Positions 18,439 to 27,382 of a stretch of DNA of 64,000 bases are shown here, in pieces. Source of the stretch: an uncultured Planctomycetales bacterium (GTDB lineage Bacteria > Omnitrophota > Gorgyraeia > Zapsychrales > JAHFFX01); contig CAZTCI010000003.1 in assembly GCA_964612665.1 (NCBI GenBank), positions 336,273 through 400,272 on the forward strand, written 5' to 3'. The notes under the pieces were generated by a model. That model did not search any database. It was not told the origin of the DNA and saw nothing but the letters and a program-made list of their open reading frames with translations. The first letter of the stretch is position 1. Every line of letters starts with the position of its first letter. The position numbers and the translations under genes are program-made.

Positions 18439-20604
18439 CTAAAAGGATTCTTGCAGGGCTTTTAGATCGGTCAAAGGACTTCGCCACTGGATATAAGGAA
18501 GGATATTCGAAAAGCTATCAGTCCATGGCCGCTGGGCGGTCGATGGGTCAAACGTTAAATCTTGCCAGCCTCTTTCTCTAAGCCAAGCGTATTTTTTTGC
18601 ATCCCAAGTCAAAGCAGCCCAAAAACTGGAAGTAATAAAATTCTTTGGGTCCGGCGGGTTTCTTTTAACAAGCGCATAAGCCCTTTCATTAATGCTATTT
18701 TGAGCAATCACTGGGCCTAAATTAAGATAGCGGTTCGAAAAATTAAAAAGGATCAATCCGCCCTCTTTTAAATGCCGGTGATATTGCTGCAGCGCTTCCA
18801 ACGTCAGCAAATGAACCGGCACCGCATCGCTGCCAAAGGCATCGACGACAAAAAGATCGTAGCGTTCATGGCTTTGGATTAAAGATAAACGAGCGTCACC
18901 AAAAATGTATTTGGCACGCGCCGGCGTTTCTTTTAAAAAGGTGAAATATTTTTGCGCCACTTTATATACATCCGGATCCAGTTCATAAAAATCTACAAAC
19001 TGCCCTGGTGTCAAGAAAGCCGCCAGGCTCCCAACGCCTAACCCAATAATGCCAACGGATTGGTATGGCCAATGACCATCCGTCATCACTTCCCACACAG
19101 GAGTTTTCGGACCATAATATGTCACCGGGTCTTTATTTCGCCGAGGATCTAAAAATTGGCCGCCATGAATCGTCGCGCCGTGCACAAAGAACCTTACTTT
19201 CGCCGTATTGACCACCCGCAAAATACCATAATAATTACGTTGTTTAAAAATCGGCCCTTTCCCGTTGATAAACATTTGCAATTGCGGAAACGCCAAAGCC
19301 AAAAGTAAAACCAAAAGACAAATATTAAATATCAATTTAGGTTTTTTATCCATCAACCGCCATAAAAAGAAAAGAACAAAGAAATTTATAACAGCCAACC
19401 ACACATGCGAACCTTGAAACATCAAGACCCACATAAATGCCATCAGTCGAAGCAAATAATCTCTTAAAGAATTTCGACGAGTTTCCAGCCACAAAATCAC
19501 GGTCAACAAGAAAAGTCCGACGATGAATTCGCTAAACGTAGTAGAAACTAGCGGCATCACCCAGCTGACCAACACTCCGCCTAAAAAACTTCCCAGCGAA
19601 ATCATCACATAAAAAAATGGTAAATCATTCTCGTTTTGCGGCCGTCTTCGATAAAGCTCATTACCAGCGTATATACAAATAAAAAATAAATACATACAAT
19701 AAATAAAAAACGACCAAACAACTGAAATATCTCCGACCAAATAAATCAAAACACCCAAACCAGCAAGAAACGAAATGTTTCTTTTAAGCCACACCGGCGC
19801 AAAAGGTTTTGTTTTAAAACTTAAAATAAAACTGACCAAATAAATACTCAAAGGAATCACCCAGAAAAGCGGAATCGGCGCGATCTCGTGCGTGACAATA
19901 TTGGTGACGGATAAAAACATGATTGTTCCAACCGCCCCCAGCATCAGCCAATTGATCACTTCAATCTTTTCCACTTTGACCTGCTTGTCAGCGGCAACTG
20001 CTGCACGCGAAGATGATTGTGTCTTAACCGCACTCCACAAAACAACGATCAACGCGACCAAAACAAAGTAACCCATCTTCCAAAAATAAATTTGTTCAAA
20101 TAAATCAAAATGGATTTCAAAGAAAAAAGGATAGCTCAAAAGCCCGAGCAAAGACCCGAGATTTGATGCGGCATAAAGCGAATAAACCTGCTTAGGTTTC
20201 AAAGACTGTGCATGCATAAGCCAAGCTTGGAGACTAACGCTCACCGTCGACAAAATAAAAAAAGCCAGGCCAATCTGTTTGACCAGATGCACAAATATGT
20301 CAATGACAACGGGAAGGCCATTATGTACTTGAATCAAACCCAATCCAGACATGAAACTCAACAAAGGTAAAAAAAACAAAAAAGGATAAATAAACCGGTA
20401 ACGGTCAATCCCCCATTTTTTGACAAAAAAATAAGAAAATACGTATCCGCATAAAAGCATCGCTTGAAAAAAAACGACGCAAGCGCCCCATACGTAGTAA
20501 CCGCCGCCATAATAAGGAAGAAAAATCTTGGCAATGATTAATTCAATCTGAAAAAGCAGGAAGGCCGAAAGAAAAGCGATCGCATTAAATAAAGCTATGC
20601 GCAT
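18439..20604 (-). CDS. fused MFS-like membrane domain / spermidine-synthase-like (polyamine aminopropyltransferase fold) protein
   Basis: About 480 aa of polytopic membrane region, followed by an AdoMet-MTase/spermidine-synthase-like domain (YDLFVVDAFGSDAVPVHLLTLEALQQY, GGLILFN). Confidence 0.6.
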   Translation of the reverse strand: MRIALFNAIAFLSAFLLFQIELIIAKIFLPYYGGGYYVWGACVVFFQAMLLCGYVFSYFFVKKWGIDRYRFIYPFLFFLPLLSFMSGLGLIQVHNGLPVVIDIFVHLVKQIGLAFFILSTVSVSLQAWLMHAQSLKPKQVYSLYAASNLGSLLGLLSYPFFFEIHFDLFEQIYFWKMGYFVLVALIVVLWSAVKTQSSSRAAVAADKQVKVEKIEVINWLMLGAVGTIMFLSVTNIVTHEIAPIPLFWVIPLSIYLVSFILSFKTKPFAPVWLKRNISFLAGLGVLIYLVGDISVVWSFFIYCMYLFFICIYAGNELYRRRPQNENDLPFFYVMISLGSFLGGVLVSWVMPLVSTTFSEFIVGLFLLTVILWLETRRNSLRDYLLRLMAFMWVLMFQGSHVWLAVINFFVLFFLWRLMDKKPKLIFNICLLVLLLALAFPQLQMFINGKGPIFKQRNYYGILRVVNTAKVRFFVHGATIHGGQFLDPRRNKDPVTYYGPKTPVWEVMTDGHWPYQSVGIIGLGVGSLAAFLTPGQFVDFYELDPDVYKVAQKYFTFLKETPARAKYIFGDARLSLIQSHERYDLFVVDAFGSDAVPVHLLTLEALQQYHRHLKEGGLILFNFSNRYLNLGPVIAQNSINERAYALVKRNPPDPKNFITSSFWAALTWDAKKYAWLRERGWQDLTFDPSTAQRPWTDSFSNILPYIQWRSPLTDLKALQESF

Positions 20605-20632
20605 ATAGATTGGATTCTGTCCTTAAATGATT

Positions 20633-22363
20633 TTAGCCAAAAGTAAATGCATACACCGCGGTCTCTTCATTGAAAAATTCCAGACGCAGTGTATGAGTTT
20701 CAATTTTATTTTTAAGATCAATAATATTGTACAGCCGTTCAGTGTCCAGCAAAATTACGCCATCCTTAACATCTTTGCCGGCCTGGTCATTTTGAATTGG
20801 ATTGCCGTCGATGAAAACCTCAATTTTATCTTCGGCATTGGCAGGGCCGATAACCAGAAAAACCTTGCTGGCTTTAAATTTAATTTCTAAAGCAGCCTTA
20901 TCGACGGATTTCGCAGATTCGGCGGTTACATTCCAGGTTCCTTCATAAGCGAAATGATCGGTGAGAATATCTGAAGGCTTAGAAAAATTCTGAACGCCGC
21001 CTTTAACGTGTTCTGGCGAGGAAAACCGTTCCATGCGGGCTTGACCAAGATAAGTTTCGGGTGTGCGGGCATGGTCGGGTGTTTGATCGGTGACTGAACT
21101 TAAAGCACCTTGAACTTTTTTTCCGTTTTCTTCTAAAAGTTCGCGGATCGCAAGTTCCATTTGATCATATTCCCCTTCCCCGAAATGCCTGCGGCGAATA
21201 TGGCCCTGGCCGTCAATGAGATATTCAGCCGGCCAATAATGGTTGTCATAATTACGCCAGGTTTTGTAATCATTATCCAGCCCGACGGGATAATCAATGT
21301 AAAATTGCTTTAAAGCGTTTTGAACATTATTGGTTTCTTTTTCAAAAGCAAATTCCGGCGTGTGGATTCCAACAATCACAAGCCCGGCATTTTTATAGCG
21401 TTCATACCAAGCGGTTAGATGCGGAAGCGTACGCACACAATTGATACAACTGTAAGTCCAGAAATCAACCAGCACGATTTTTCCTTTTAAATCTTTTATT
21501 GAAAATGAATTGGCGGTGTTCAACCAAGTTGTGATGCCAATGGAGTCAGGTGCGGCGCCAAAGTCGGGAAGTTTTCCCGTCGGATTTTCAACCGACGCCT
21601 CTTGTTTAGAACCGGTTAACTTATTAAGTTCTTTTTGTAACGACGCGTTATTTTCAAATTGGCTTAAGAAACGACTATAGCCGGGAAAAACATTAAGCAC
21701 TTTAACTTGGATCGCTTTGTCATAGTTCGTGTAAATTAAAACAGCGGTCACAATCATGATGAACCCAAAGACCTGTTGAATCCGGCCCGTGTATTGATTG
21801 ACCTGGCGCATTTTTTTAAACCAAGTCGCACTTAAAAACGAAAAAATAAAAAGCGGTATGCCCAGTCCAAACACATAAGCCAATGTAATCACCACCACGG
21901 CGAAATTAACGGCCTGCGTTGCCGATAAGACAGCGATCGTCGCTAAAATCGGCCCAGCGCAAGGCGCCCACACTAAACCCAATGACAAACCCGTCAAAAG
22001 CCCAGCGCTAAACCCGCTTCCTTCCCTTTTAATCTGAGATTGAAATGGACTTAATGTCCTGCTGATCAAGCTCTCGAAGGCCGCGCCCCAAGAAGGAATC
22101 AGTAACATAAATCCTAAAAACGCAATAATAATAGTTGCAAGAAGTCTTAAACTGTTTGGATTAATAGGAAAAATTTTAACAAGATAGGAAATTGTCAGCG
22201 TAAAAAAAGTAAAGCTGATCATAACGCCGAGCGTAAGACCCAGCGGCCGGCGGTTACCTCCGGCGGACGAAGCCGAAAAAACAATGGGTAAAAGCGGCCA
22301 GATACAAGGCGCTAAAATAGTTATAAATCCAGCTAAAAAAGAAAAAAATAAAAGCGTTAGCAT
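20633..22363 (-). CDS. DipZ-like CcdA/DsbD-family transmembrane thiol-disulfide transporter fused to thioredoxin-like and C-terminal beta-sandwich domains
   Basis: N-terminal ILAPCIWPLLP (CcdA Cys) and 6-8 TM helices, then a thioredoxin fold with FWTYSCINC (CxxC), then about 170 aa of extra C-terminal domain. Confidence 0.7.
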   Translation of the reverse strand: MLTLLFFSFLAGFITILAPCIWPLLPIVFSASSAGGNRRPLGLTLGVMISFTFFTLTISYLVKIFPINPNSLRLLATIIIAFLGFMLLIPSWGAAFESLISRTLSPFQSQIKREGSGFSAGLLTGLSLGLVWAPCAGPILATIAVLSATQAVNFAVVVITLAYVFGLGIPLFIFSFLSATWFKKMRQVNQYTGRIQQVFGFIMIVTAVLIYTNYDKAIQVKVLNVFPGYSRFLSQFENNASLQKELNKLTGSKQEASVENPTGKLPDFGAAPDSIGITTWLNTANSFSIKDLKGKIVLVDFWTYSCINCVRTLPHLTAWYERYKNAGLVIVGIHTPEFAFEKETNNVQNALKQFYIDYPVGLDNDYKTWRNYDNHYWPAEYLIDGQGHIRRRHFGEGEYDQMELAIRELLEENGKKVQGALSSVTDQTPDHARTPETYLGQARMERFSSPEHVKGGVQNFSKPSDILTDHFAYEGTWNVTAESAKSVDKAALEIKFKASKVFLVIGPANAEDKIEVFIDGNPIQNDQAGKDVKDGVILLDTERLYNIIDLKNKIETHTLRLEFFNEETAVYAFTFG

Positions 22364-22394
22364 TTGAGAATCAACTCCCTGCGCCGACCACTCG

Positions 22395-22829
22395 CTACTT
22401 TTTTTTCACCAACTTTAATTCGCCGCACGAACGATTGGTATCATCAAAGACATTTCCCTCAGAGTAAATGAGATCACCTCTGTGTAATTGAGAGATTGCA
22501 ACAAGTTTGCCATCTTGTTGTATGCTGGAGTTGCCATCAAAATAACAAGTGAAAATTTTATATTCGCCGTATTTCCAATTGGTGGTATACGTTTTAAGCG
22601 TCAACGTTTTATGATCCACATCAATGTCCGAAATCTCAGCAGTCGCGCCGCCCGACGGAATAGCTGATGTATGTAAATCCCAGCTTTGTGAAAATCCCGC
22701 TGAAACAAAGGAAAACAAAAATAAAACCCCTAAAAACAAATTAAACGTTTGTTTTTGTAATCGTCGGCCGATTGCCATAAGCCCTCCCTGTTGAATATTG
22801 AACTCTAATACGAGTTTATTCCAAATCAA
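22395..22829 (-). CDS. secreted hypothetical protein
   Basis: Internal start MAIGRRLQKQ... is followed by a hydrophobic signal segment. Confidence 0.4.
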   Translation of the reverse strand: MIWNKLVLEFNIQQGGLMAIGRRLQKQTFNLFLGVLFLFSFVSAGFSQSWDLHTSAIPSGGATAEISDIDVDHKTLTLKTYTTNWKYGEYKIFTCYFDGNSSIQQDGKLVAISQLHRGDLIYSEGNVFDDTNRSCGELKLVKKK

Positions 22830-22875
22830 TAGCAGTCACAATCTCATTTTTGAATTCTTTTAGGATAGGAAGGAG

Positions 22876-23328
22876 TTACATTTTCCCTGACTTCATAATA
22901 TGTAATGTGACTTCCTGTGCAGGGGCTGGATTTTGACCGCGCTGGACGATTGATATATGCCATTCGCCTTGGGCGGAAGGATCAACATTAAAGATAGGAA
23001 TGCCAAACTTTTTGAAAGAAAATTTCGTTGTGCCTAGAGGAATGTGGACCGTCGTGAAGGACTGGCTGACAAATGTTCCATCGTGAAAGATTTTTATATT
23101 AAAACCAGCCGGAATAGTCGCTGCATATGAATTACGGACGGAGATGGTGCCTTCGATCGGCTCTCCCACTTCAAAAACATTTTTTTGGAGATCGATAGTA
23201 AGACTGATTGGCTGTGCATGGATGTTAGCAGCGTTGGCATTGGAAAGAGCCAACATCGTAGCGCTTAATACAAAAACAAAAAGTATTTCGATTTTCAATT
23301 TTTTAAGTAAACATATCATTGGGTACAA
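22876..23328 (-). CDS. secreted hypothetical protein
   Basis: 150 aa with a signal peptide, then a beta-rich domain. Confidence 0.4.
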   Translation of the reverse strand: MYPMICLLKKLKIEILFVFVLSATMLALSNANAANIHAQPISLTIDLQKNVFEVGEPIEGTISVRNSYAATIPAGFNIKIFHDGTFVSQSFTTVHIPLGTTKFSFKKFGIPIFNVDPSAQGEWHISIVQRGQNPAPAQEVTLHIMKSGKM

Positions 23329-23330
23329 AT

Positions 23331-23666
23331 CTATTCTTTTCTAAAAATATTCCCTAAGTTCTGATGGTCTTTTTGGTATGGGACTGGTGTCATTTTAATA
23401 AGATTCTCAATAAATTTATCTTTGGGCCGATAATAAATCCGGACACGGTCGCCTTTATGTAACTGGTCGGTATTTCCGATATAAATAAAGGTTCTTAATT
23501 CGTGGTCCCATTCATCTAGAATTTCGAGCATGTTACGGCCCACGGTTTGAATAATTCCCGTCGTACTAGAACGGCGGCCAATCAAAAACAAATCATTATT
23601 AGCGTCAACTGTTTTGAATTGACAGCATAAAAGAAAAGCAATGCTTATTAAGATTTTCTTTGACAT
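23331..23666 (-). CDS. secreted hypothetical protein
   Basis: 111 aa with a signal peptide (MSKKILISIAFLLCCQF). Confidence 0.4.
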   Translation of the reverse strand: MSKKILISIAFLLCCQFKTVDANNDLFLIGRRSSTTGIIQTVGRNMLEILDEWDHELRTFIYIGNTDQLHKGDRVRIYYRPKDKFIENLIKMTPVPYQKDHQNLGNIFRKE

Positions 23667-23687
23667 TAGCCTTCCTTCCCGGAAGCA

Positions 23688-23888
23688 TTATTTTAATCGT
23701 AACAATAAAATCAAAAAGCTTAAGACAACAACCGAAATAATGCCGACCCAAATCCATTGATTAAATGAATCCTTGAATTTTCCCAGCATTCCAGAACTCG
23801 ACCGCCCCAAACTTTCGCCGCAAAAATGGCATAACAGCGCTTCATCATCATTGATGGGTTGTTTGCAGTAAGGACAAATATGGCTCAA
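23688..23888 (-). CDS. small zinc-ribbon protein with C-terminal TM anchor
   Basis: CPYC...CHFC four-Cys ribbon, then a hydrophobic tail. Confidence 0.4.
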   Translation of the reverse strand: MSHICPYCKQPINDDEALLCHFCGESLGRSSSGMLGKFKDSFNQWIWVGIISVVVLSFLILLLRLK

Positions 23889-23902
23889 GGTTCTTCCTTA
23901 TC

Positions 23903-24439
23903 TTATTTTGACTCAGTCACCGAGGCTTTCACTCGACCGAACAAGTCATCCATTTGATGACGTAATTCCGGCGTTAAAGTAGAATCACTTCCCCAAAATG
24001 AAAACCAGGTAATTTTATATTGATCTCCTTGCGGGATAAGGCTGAGCGCCCCGTTGACGGAAGCATGTTCAAATTTAAGATCATAGACATAACGTTTGAC
24101 TTCTTCGTTACTCACATTGGGCGGGATAAAATCTTTTTCTCCTGGCCGCGTATGAAACGGCATTATAACAGACTCGGCACTTTCTAATTTGCCCCATTCG
24201 TTTTCGAGACTTTGTATAAATTGCGTAAGTTTTTCTAAAGGAACTTGGGTAATGAGCTGTTCACTAAAAAAGCCATAAGCTGTATTAGCGTCGGATTTCC
24301 TGAAAGTCTCCCAAAAGTCTTGCGCGGTGTGGTCGGCATCCATTTGAGGCCCGATGGCCATGGAGGCACATCCTGTTATGATGAAGATTAAAGCAATGAA
24401 GAAAAGTGACTTCGCGTTCAACCCGTTTAAAATTCTCAT
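23903..24439 (-). CDS. lipoprotein, hypothetical
   Basis: Lipobox IITGCASM; 178 aa. Confidence 0.45.
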   Translation of the reverse strand: MRILNGLNAKSLFFIALIFIITGCASMAIGPQMDADHTAQDFWETFRKSDANTAYGFFSEQLITQVPLEKLTQFIQSLENEWGKLESAESVIMPFHTRPGEKDFIPPNVSNEEVKRYVYDLKFEHASVNGALSLIPQGDQYKITWFSFWGSDSTLTPELRHQMDDLFGRVKASVTESK

Positions 24440-24655
24440 ACACCCTCCCTCTTAAAAACATTCATAAAACTAAGAATCTCATAAATAGTCGAAAGCAGCG
24501 GGTCCTGCCGCAGTGATCCGCTACCAAAGAATTAGCATTTATGAGATGGCTTTTACAAGCTTTTATAGCATTATTAAGAAAGGTTGTAAATGAGAGGCCA
24601 AAATTCAATGAAGCCCTCCTCAATATCGGGTGTTGAGGAGGGCTTCAAGACACAA

Positions 24656-25096
24656 TTAACGCAAGACCAAACGGTCTTGTATTTCTTTCAAAATACCGCT
24701 GGCCGCTTCTTTATCTGGACTAACACCGCCGACGCGGACCTCAACTTTAGTGGCATTCGCGCTAACGCGATGAATGTCTATCCAAATGTCCTTGCCGTCG
24801 GTATATTTACTTTTTAATTGAGTGACATTGGTGTCGTGTGTTTCTTTAACAAGAGGTAATTCTTGGGCGTCTAAAGCCGCCTTGGCTGCGGAAACTGTTT
24901 GATCATAAGATGCGTGAAACTCCTGAGTTAATTTTCCTGAAAGCCAGACCGCTGTTCCTGCGCCGCCTGCGGCCCCAGCCACTAAAGCCGCGCACCCATT
25001 GAGATTAAACAATAAAGTAATAATTCCTATGTATCGAAAAACATTTATCTTCATTAATCTATGTACCGTCATAACAACTTGTCTTGCATTCATCAT
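24656..25096 (-). CDS. lipoprotein, hypothetical
   Basis: Lipobox LNGCAAL. The start is placed at the MM codons (25096), which are preceded by AAGGGGGA. The longer ORF to 25180 would overlap the upstream gene. Confidence 0.45.
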   Translation of the reverse strand: MMNARQVVMTVHRLMKINVFRYIGIITLLFNLNGCAALVAGAAGGAGTAVWLSGKLTQEFHASYDQTVSAAKAALDAQELPLVKETHDTNVTQLKSKYTDGKDIWIDIHRVSANATKVEVRVGGVSPDKEAASGILKEIQDRLVLR

Positions 25097-25128
25097 CGTC
25101 CCCCTTTTCATTGACTTGCGCAAATAGC

Positions 25129-25626
25129 CTACTCTGGCATTGCCGTTAGATACTGCACCACAATACCCCCAATAAAACACCCGATAAAAATCGGGTTACG
25201 GGTTGATTCAGGAACACTTAAATGCTGCACAATAAGAATCGTTCCCAGTAAAGAAGTGATACCAATCAAAGCCCAATCAAAAGAAATTAACATGATGATC
25301 ACACCAATTAACCCGCCAACAATGTATAACGCCCAGGACGTCGATACCTGATTAGACGTCCCTGGAAAAATATTCATAAGCACATAACCTCCGCCGAGAA
25401 AGCCAAGCCAAAGGATGACAATCCATTGAAAAGCTATCGCGAGAAGAGCGCCGAATATACCGAATAAAATTGCATAAAGAACCATAATGCCCGGGCTGTT
25501 CGGGGCTGCATATTGAGCAGCCAATTCCATGCCAGCTAAAAAGCCCATAATCCCGACGGAGATCCAAAATAATTTTTTGCCTGCCAATAACAACAATAAC
25601 CCTGCCAAAATATCAAAGAGAATCAT
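25129..25626 (-). CDS. small polytopic membrane protein
   Basis: 165 aa with 4-5 TM helices. Confidence 0.45.
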   Translation of the reverse strand: MILFDILAGLLLLLAGKKLFWISVGIMGFLAGMELAAQYAAPNSPGIMVLYAILFGIFGALLAIAFQWIVILWLGFLGGGYVLMNIFPGTSNQVSTSWALYIVGGLIGVIIMLISFDWALIGITSLLGTILIVQHLSVPESTRNPIFIGCFIGGIVVQYLTAMPE

Positions 25627-25658
25627 ACTGTCCTTATCCTTTCAATCCATTAGCATTA

Positions 25659-25823
25659 TTAAACACGCCGCATAAGTCCTAAAATAAAACTAAAAGCAAA
25701 AAGCACAATAAATATGTAGAAAAGCGTTCTAGCCGTATCAACTGAAGCCACCGCGACTCCGCCAAAACCTAAGAAGGCCGATATAAGAGCAATAATCAAA
25801 AAAACCGCTGCCCAATAAAGCAT
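25659..25823 (-). CDS. DUF1328 (UPF0391) small membrane protein
   Basis: 54-aa ORF not in the track (under 60 aa): MLYWAAVFLIIALISAFLGFGGVAVASVDTARTLFYIFIVLFAFSFILGLMRRV. It has the LGFGG motif and SD AAGGAGG 8 nt upstream. Confidence 0.7.
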   Translation of the reverse strand: MLYWAAVFLIIALISAFLGFGGVAVASVDTARTLFYIFIVLFAFSFILGLMRRV

Positions 25824-25856
25824 GGCGCACCTCCTTTCATTACGATAATGTGTTCA

Positions 25857-25890
25857 AAAGCCCTGATTTGTCGTCGACAATCAGGGCTTT
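25857..25890 (-). terminator. intrinsic terminator (perfect 12-bp stem AAAGCCCTGATT / AATCAGGGCTTT, 10-nt loop, U-tract on the minus transcript)
   Basis: Lies 19 nt downstream of the YHS gene stop. Confidence 0.6.
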
Positions 25891-25908
25891 TAGTTTAGAT
25901 CAACGTAC

Positions 25909-26064
25909 TCACTGAGTATAATTCTCAGGATCTTCATGGAAACGTTCTTGGCATTCTTCAGAGCAGAAAGAATATTCTTTTCCATCAAAAATGGATGTTC
26001 TATATGGGTGTTCGATTTCATTCCCGCAAATCGAGCATATTAATTTCTTTTGAGGTTTGCCCAT
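25909..26064 (-). CDS. YHS-domain metal-binding protein
   Basis: 51-aa ORF not in the track: MGKPQKKLICSICGNEIEHPYRTSIFDGKEYSFCSEECQERFHEDPENYTQ. It has the YHS/TRASH pattern C-x2-C ... Y.G+.Y.FCS..C...F...P..Y and an SD AGGAG upstream. Confidence 0.65.
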   Translation of the reverse strand: MGKPQKKLICSICGNEIEHPYRTSIFDGKEYSFCSEECQERFHEDPENYTQ

Positions 26065-26482
26065 GACCCTTTATCTCCTTTCATGTTGAGATTTACAAAC
26101 CCTTCATCTGACATTTAAGGGTATAAAGTTCATTCATGGGTTGCTCTCAAAGGACTTCTCTTCCCGGTGAAATATTTCACCGGGAAGTTTTTATGTAAAC
26201 GGGCAACCATTAGCTTAATTTATTTCTATCGACGGCTAATGTTAATTCCCCCTTGTTTAATCCCGGCCTAAACGTAGCGGCCGCGGATAATCTTTTTCAT
26301 CATATGTTCTTCTCATTTTTTCTCTTTGACGCTCTAACTGTTCCCACCCATGTGAGAGTGAGGGAGGGATTTGATGACGCATGTATTCTTTTGGTACATT
26401 ATTCGACTCGTGGAATTCATTCATTGTCTACCCCCGTTATGTTGTGTTTAGTCATTGCGTTGTTTTTTAATTAAAAAAACGA

Positions 26483-27097
26483 TTATATTGCAGTTTCATC
26501 TTCTTCTGATTCGCTCTCGGTTTCTGACTGACGGCCGGCATTTTCACTCTCATTCCCAGTTTCTTCTTCGCTCTCAGTTTCACGGCTGGATAATAATTTT
26601 TCCGAAATACTGGTCAACGTTTTATCGGCCTCCCCTTCCTCTTCGAGCGTTTGCTGAAGAAGTTCGGCGGCATCATCGTATCCCAACATTTCAGCAAAAG
26701 TACGGACCGTTCCATAACCGGCGATTTCATAATGTTCCACCCGCTGGGCAGCAGCTATAAGTTCGGCATCTTTAATGACTGGATCATCATTTTTCTTTTT
26801 AATAGCTTCTTCGCCTTCAGAAACGATCCCTTCCATTCCCTCACATTTAATCCGTCCTGGTTTTTCATTAAGATCACCTAATATTTTTTCTAAGCGGTTA
26901 ATATGTTCTTGGGTTTTCTGCCAATGTTCATCGAATGCTGATTTTAGTTCTGGTGACGAAGCCGCTTTTGTCATTTTGGGTAATGCCTTAACAAGCTGTT
27001 GTTCAGCGTTAAACAAATCTTTTAATTGCTCAATATATAATTCTTGTAACCCGTTACCAGGGGTTTCATTTTCCATTTCCATATTTTTCGTTCTCAT
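26483..27097 (-). CDS. DUF892 (YciE/YciF-like) ferritin-like protein with acidic Ser/Glu-rich tail
   Basis: LQELYIEQLKDLFNAEQQLVKALPKM matches DUF892. The start is at MRTKN (27097), preceded by AAGGAGG. The ORF-track extension to 27130 lacks an SD. Confidence 0.7.
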   Translation of the reverse strand: MRTKNMEMENETPGNGLQELYIEQLKDLFNAEQQLVKALPKMTKAASSPELKSAFDEHWQKTQEHINRLEKILGDLNEKPGRIKCEGMEGIVSEGEEAIKKKNDDPVIKDAELIAAAQRVEHYEIAGYGTVRTFAEMLGYDDAAELLQQTLEEEGEADKTLTSISEKLLSSRETESEEETGNESENAGRQSETESESEEDETAI

Positions 27098-27251
27098 GTC
27101 GGCCTCCTTGTTATCGACTTTTGGCACCAATCTAACAAAGGCACCATTAAAACAAGATTAAAGTATGATTAAAAATTTTTCATTTTTTGATGGGGAAATG
27201 TTTTATAAATTTAATTGTCCGAGAGGATTGCAAAGGCTCGGCCGTAAAAAG

Positions 27252-27305
27252 AACCACGGGCTTGGGGCGGCTCTGTCTATAATTAGCGCAACCGCCCCAA
27301 GCCCG
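27252..27305 (-). terminator. intrinsic terminator (perfect 14-bp stem CGGGCTTGGGGCGG / CCGCCCCAAGCCCG, followed by U-tract on the minus transcript)
   Basis: Located between the SSADH stop and the DUF892 promoter. Confidence 0.6.
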
Positions 27306-27382
27306 CCGTTCTTTATATCATCTCTACATCTTTACTTCTCTACTTCTTACTTCTCTTAATCTCTTTTAACGCTCATTAAAAC

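Noticed and set aside
18439-18487. 49-nt overlap between the beta-helix ORF and the upstream fused MFS/spermidine-synthase gene
   Set aside because: Resolved by using the internal signal-peptide start at 18313 for the downstream gene. The long N-terminal extension is not credible.
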